In this document: in pieces, positions 61,119-64,000 of the stretch
Layout of the letters: each line of letters opens with the position of its first letter
Position numbering within the stretch: the first letter of the stretch is position 1
Source: an uncultured Flavobacteriaceae bacterium
GTDB taxonomy: Bacteria > Bacteroidota > Bacteroidia > Flavobacteriales > Flavobacteriaceae
Length of the DNA stretch: 64,000 bases
Assembly: GCA_964275595.1 (NCBI GenBank)
Contig: CAXYDM010000025.1
Coordinates: 15,069-79,068 of the forward strand
Direction: 5' to 3'
Position numbers and translations under genes: made by a program
Notes under the pieces: model-generated
The model's input: the letters and a program-made list of their open reading frames with translations, nothing else
Told to the model about the DNA's origin: nothing
Databases searched by the model: none

Positions 61119-64000
61119 ATGAAAAAAATTACTCAAAATTTAACTAATGTAAAAGCCTGGCAAAGTACAATTTTTGCTTTCATGTTTTTGTTTAGTTTAA
61201 CTATTAACTCTCAGGAAGTAGGGCAGGAGTATCTGGTAAATCCAGGTATTAATACTGCTACTGGAGCAAATTCTACAACACCAGAAACTGGTGTAGATGG
61301 TGGTGGAAATTTCCCAGCCAATCTAGGTGGTTGGACAAATGGAACCGGTGGAGCTTACGCTTCAGCTAGTACAGTAAATGGAGATTGTCATTCTGCAGAT
61401 AGAATGTTTAAATTTTTTAAAGTTGGTGGAGCTGATGGACAATATGTTAATCAGACTATAACTGCTCTTCCTGCTGGAAACTACAACTGGAGTTTTTACA
61501 CTCAATGGGGTGATGCAGGTCACGCAAATGGACCAACTGGAACTGCTCCTGGAAACTTACCTTCTTGGAGTGCTGAAGGTGATAACCAACCTAAATTTAC
61601 TATCCTAGTTCAAGATGCAGATGGTGCTTGGGTTGTTGATCAAGCAACTGTTACAACTGAGCCTACTACTGTCTTAACTTGGGTTCAAGACTCAGGTACA
61701 TGGACTAATACTGAAACAAGAGATGTTAGAATCAAGTTCGCTAAAAATGGTGGTACTGCTGCAAATGGTGGAAGTAACACAGATAAGCTTATGTATATTG
61801 ATGATGCTAGTCTTACTTATGCAAGTGCATTAGGTGGATCAGCTGTAACTTCTTTTCCATACTGTTCAAGTTTTGATACAGATTTAGGAGATTGGACAAC
61901 TGAAATAGTATCAGGTACTAGTGACTGGACTTCAGCTGCTTCTAACACAACTTCTGGTGGAAGTTCTGTAGATGCTTACTCAGGTGGAGGTAGTGCATAC
62001 TATTATGCTTATAATTATTCAGGACATGGTTCAACACTTATGTCAACTGCTATGGACATTTCTTCTGTGACAAATCCACAGGTGACATTCCAAATGGCTA
62101 ACCCTGCTTGGGGAGGTGATCAAGAAACATTACAAGTATGGTACAAAGCTGCTGCAGGTGATGCATGGACTGTACTAGCTACTTACGATGATTCTTCAAC
62201 TTCGTTCTCTGAAGTTACTTTAGATTTACCTAACGCTAGTAGTGATTATTACATTGCTTTTAATGCTACTTCTGGATACGGATATGGAGTTTTAATTGAT
62301 GATGTATGTGTTGATGCTGCTGCAACTGAACCAGCAATGTCTGTTTCAGCCACAACTGATGGTGGTTCAGCAACATTTAGTTTCACTGTAGATAACTTTA
62401 CGGTTGGTGCTGCTGCTGGAGAAGGTGACGGACACATCCATTGGTCAATATTTTCAGCCTTAGATTTAAACACTCCAATTTATGAAAATGTAATGGTTTA
62501 CTCTACTGATGATCTTACATTATCTCCTTTACCAAATGGTGATCATGTTATTGTATTCTCACTGGTTGATCCAAGCCATCAACCTTTGGATCCTGCTGTT
62601 GAAGCTACTGTTGAATTTTCAACTTTTGATGGAACAGCTGCATGTGATGAAACTGTAACTTATACACAAGTTGCTAACGGAGACTATACTGTAGCATTAA
62701 CTGCACCAGATGGTCAAGTTGCTTCCGTAACTATTAATGCTACAATGGAGAATAACTACGATTTTATAAACGTAACTGATGGAGCTGGAAACGCTCTTAA
62801 CGCGGATCAAACTACAGGAGCATTTACCGATGCTGTATTTACATCTACTGATGGAACAATATCTGTTAATGTAACTAATGATGGTTCTGTTCAAAATGGT
62901 GACGTAACTCTTGCATTTAGTTGTGAAGAAGTTTCTACATCTGGAATGATTACATTTAATGTTGATATGAATGCTTATTCTGGTTCACAGTATGAGGATT
63001 TTGGAGCATTTGTAAATGGTGAATTCACAGGTTGGTGTGGAGCTTGTGCTCCAATGACGGATGATGATGGTGATGGTATATGGACAACTACTATAGAAAT
63101 TGAAAACGGAACTTATTTCTGGAAGTACACTGTAAACGGATGGAACGATCAAGAATCATTTAATGGTACTGAAGTAGTAGACGGATGTACTGCACAAAAT
63201 GGTGATAACATTGATAGAATTTTAGTTGTTGACGGTGATCAAACTTTAGATACTGTATTTTTCAATATGTGTGCTGGTGAGACACCTGGTTCAAGTCTTG
63301 AATTACAAGGTATTATTGACTTTACTGTTCCTTCTGCTGGATCTGACGGTAAAGCTATTCATGTAGTTGCAACTGAGAATATTCCAAACTTAGCTTACTA
63401 CGGTATTGGTGTTGCCAATAACGGTGGTGGAACTGATGGTGAAGAATATAATTTTGATGCTCAATCTTTAGCTGCAGGACAACATGTTCTTACTGCTAGA
63501 TCGGTTGATGCTATGAATGCTTATATGGATGCTTCAACTATTTACGATGTCGTAATGGTTGCTAGTAGTTCAATTGGACAAAATGGAGATGACGCTATTG
63601 AATTATACATGGGTGGAGCCCTAGTAGAAGTTTATGGTGATCCTGATGTTGATGGAACTGGAGAAGCATGGGAATATACTCAGGAATTTACATTCCCATC
63701 ACAATCAATGGCAGCTGGACAACATTATTTGGCCGCTAGATCTGTTGATGTAATGAATGCATATATGGATGCTTCATCTATTTATGATGTAGTTTCTTCA
63801 GAAGGTGAAGGAATAAATAATATATCACAAAATGGAGATGATGCTATTGAATTATACATGGGTGGTAATGCTGTTGAACTATTTGGAGAACTTGATGTTG
63901 ATGGTTCTGGACAACCATGGGAATATTTAGATTCATGGGCTTATAAAGTAGATGGTGCTTGGACTTATGGTGAGGTAAATACTACCGATGGTACAGAAAC
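61119..64000 (+). CDS. giant secreted multidomain glycan-binding/adhesin-like protein (gene B), 3'-truncated by the window edge
   Basis: Absent from the ORF track because it has no stop in the window. ATG at 61119 and the frame is open to nt 64000 (960 codons). The start (MKKITQNLTNVKAWQSTIFAFMFLFSLTINSQEVGQ) and the end (WAYKVDGAWTYGEVNTTDGTE) are in the same frame. Modules: CBM4_9-like, MAM/choice-of-anchor-J-like (SFPYCSSFDTDLGDWT...LIDDVCV), an Ig-like module with GDGHIHW, a CUB-like module (NNYDFINVTDG), a CBM-like module (MTDDDGDGIWTTTIEIENGTYFWKYTVNGW), and an LTD-like module with an internal duplication. Confidence 0.85.
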   Translation, partial: MKKITQNLTNVKAWQSTIFAFMFLFSLTINSQEVGQEYLVNPGINTATGANSTTPETGVDGGGNFPANLGGWTNGTGGAYASASTVNGDCHSADRMFKFFKVGGADGQYVNQTITALPAGNYNWSFYTQWGDAGHANGPTGTAPGNLPSWSAEGDNQPKFTILVQDADGAWVVDQATVTTEPTTVLTWVQDSGTWTNTETRDVRIKFAKNGGTAANGGSNTDKLMYIDDASLTYASALGGSAVTSFPYCSSFDTDLGDWTTEIVSGTSDWTSAASNTTSGGSSVDAYSGGGSAYYYAYNYSGHGSTLMSTAMDISSVTNPQVTFQMANPAWGGDQETLQVWYKAAAGDAWTVLATYDDSSTSFSEVTLDLPNASSDYYIAFNATSGYGYGVLIDDVCVDAAATEPAMSVSATTDGGSATFSFTVDNFTVGAAAGEGDGHIHWSIFSALDLNTPIYENVMVYSTDDLTLSPLPNGDHVIVFSLVDPSHQPLDPAVEATVEFSTFDGTAACDETVTYTQVANGDYTVALTAPDGQVASVTINATMENNYDFINVTDGAGNALNADQTTGAFTDAVFTSTDGTISVNVTNDGSVQNGDVTLAFSCEEVSTSGMITFNVDMNAYSGSQYEDFGAFVNGEFTGWCGACAPMTDDDGDGIWTTTIEIENGTYFWKYTVNGWNDQESFNGTEVVDGCTAQNGDNIDRILVVDGDQTLDTVFFNMCAGETPGSSLELQGIIDFTVPSAGSDGKAIHVVATENIPNLAYYGIGVANNGGGTDGEEYNFDAQSLAAGQHVLTARSVDAMNAYMDASTIYDVVMVASSSIGQNGDDAIELYMGGALVEVYGDPDVDGTGEAWEYTQEFTFPSQSMAAGQHYLAARSVDVMNAYMDASSIYDVVSSEGEGINNISQNGDDAIELYMGGNAVELFGELDVDGSGQPWEYLDSWAYKVDGAWTYGEVNTTDGTE

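Noticed and set aside
62249-62894. Two minus-strand ORFs (62249-62473 and 62697-62894), the only track entries after 60936
   Set aside because: They are antisense shadows of the 2.9-kb plus-strand ORF (gene B), which is open throughout and encodes recognisable modules.

Overview
AT-rich Bacteroidota segment that looks like a marine Flavobacteriia chromosome (SusC/SusD pair, T9SS C-terminal sorting domains, bshB1, DUF4290/DUF2911-type genes). From 1 to 28 kb it holds tightly packed housekeeping genes (3' part of hisS, fmt, murA, a fused ccsBA, kdsC, maf, bshB1, tRNA-Met(CAT), tRNA-His) and a co-directional photolyase-SRPBCC-TspO-GPx-SDR cluster. From 28 to 64 kb it is an accessory carbohydrate region. 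That region starts with a T9SS-sorted multidomain glycan-binding protein carrying a 3x ~352-bp tandem coding repeat (28.6-31.5 kb), followed by S9A and FAD enzymes and a VPS10/BNR protein. Next is a SusC/SusD polysaccharide utilization locus (40.9-60.9 kb) encoding GH10, GH3, a T9SS-tagged GH5, a GQSN-type esterase and five S1 (formylglycine) sulfatases. Last is a second giant secreted protein (61119->64000), paralogous to the first but with its domains shuffled; it is missing from the ORF track because it has no stop codon in the window. I saw no CRISPR array, transposase, integrase, phage gene or recognisable defence gene. At least 18 one- or two-nucleotide indels break 12 genes, and 17 of them lie between 27.8 and 52.2 kb. 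The downstream frames stay long, open and homolog-like, so these are either draft-sequence errors or very recent decay. The best candidate for new biology is the sulfatase-rich xylanase-type PUL bracketed by the two paralogous multidomain surface proteins. All family assignments come from motif recognition by eye; no database search was run.
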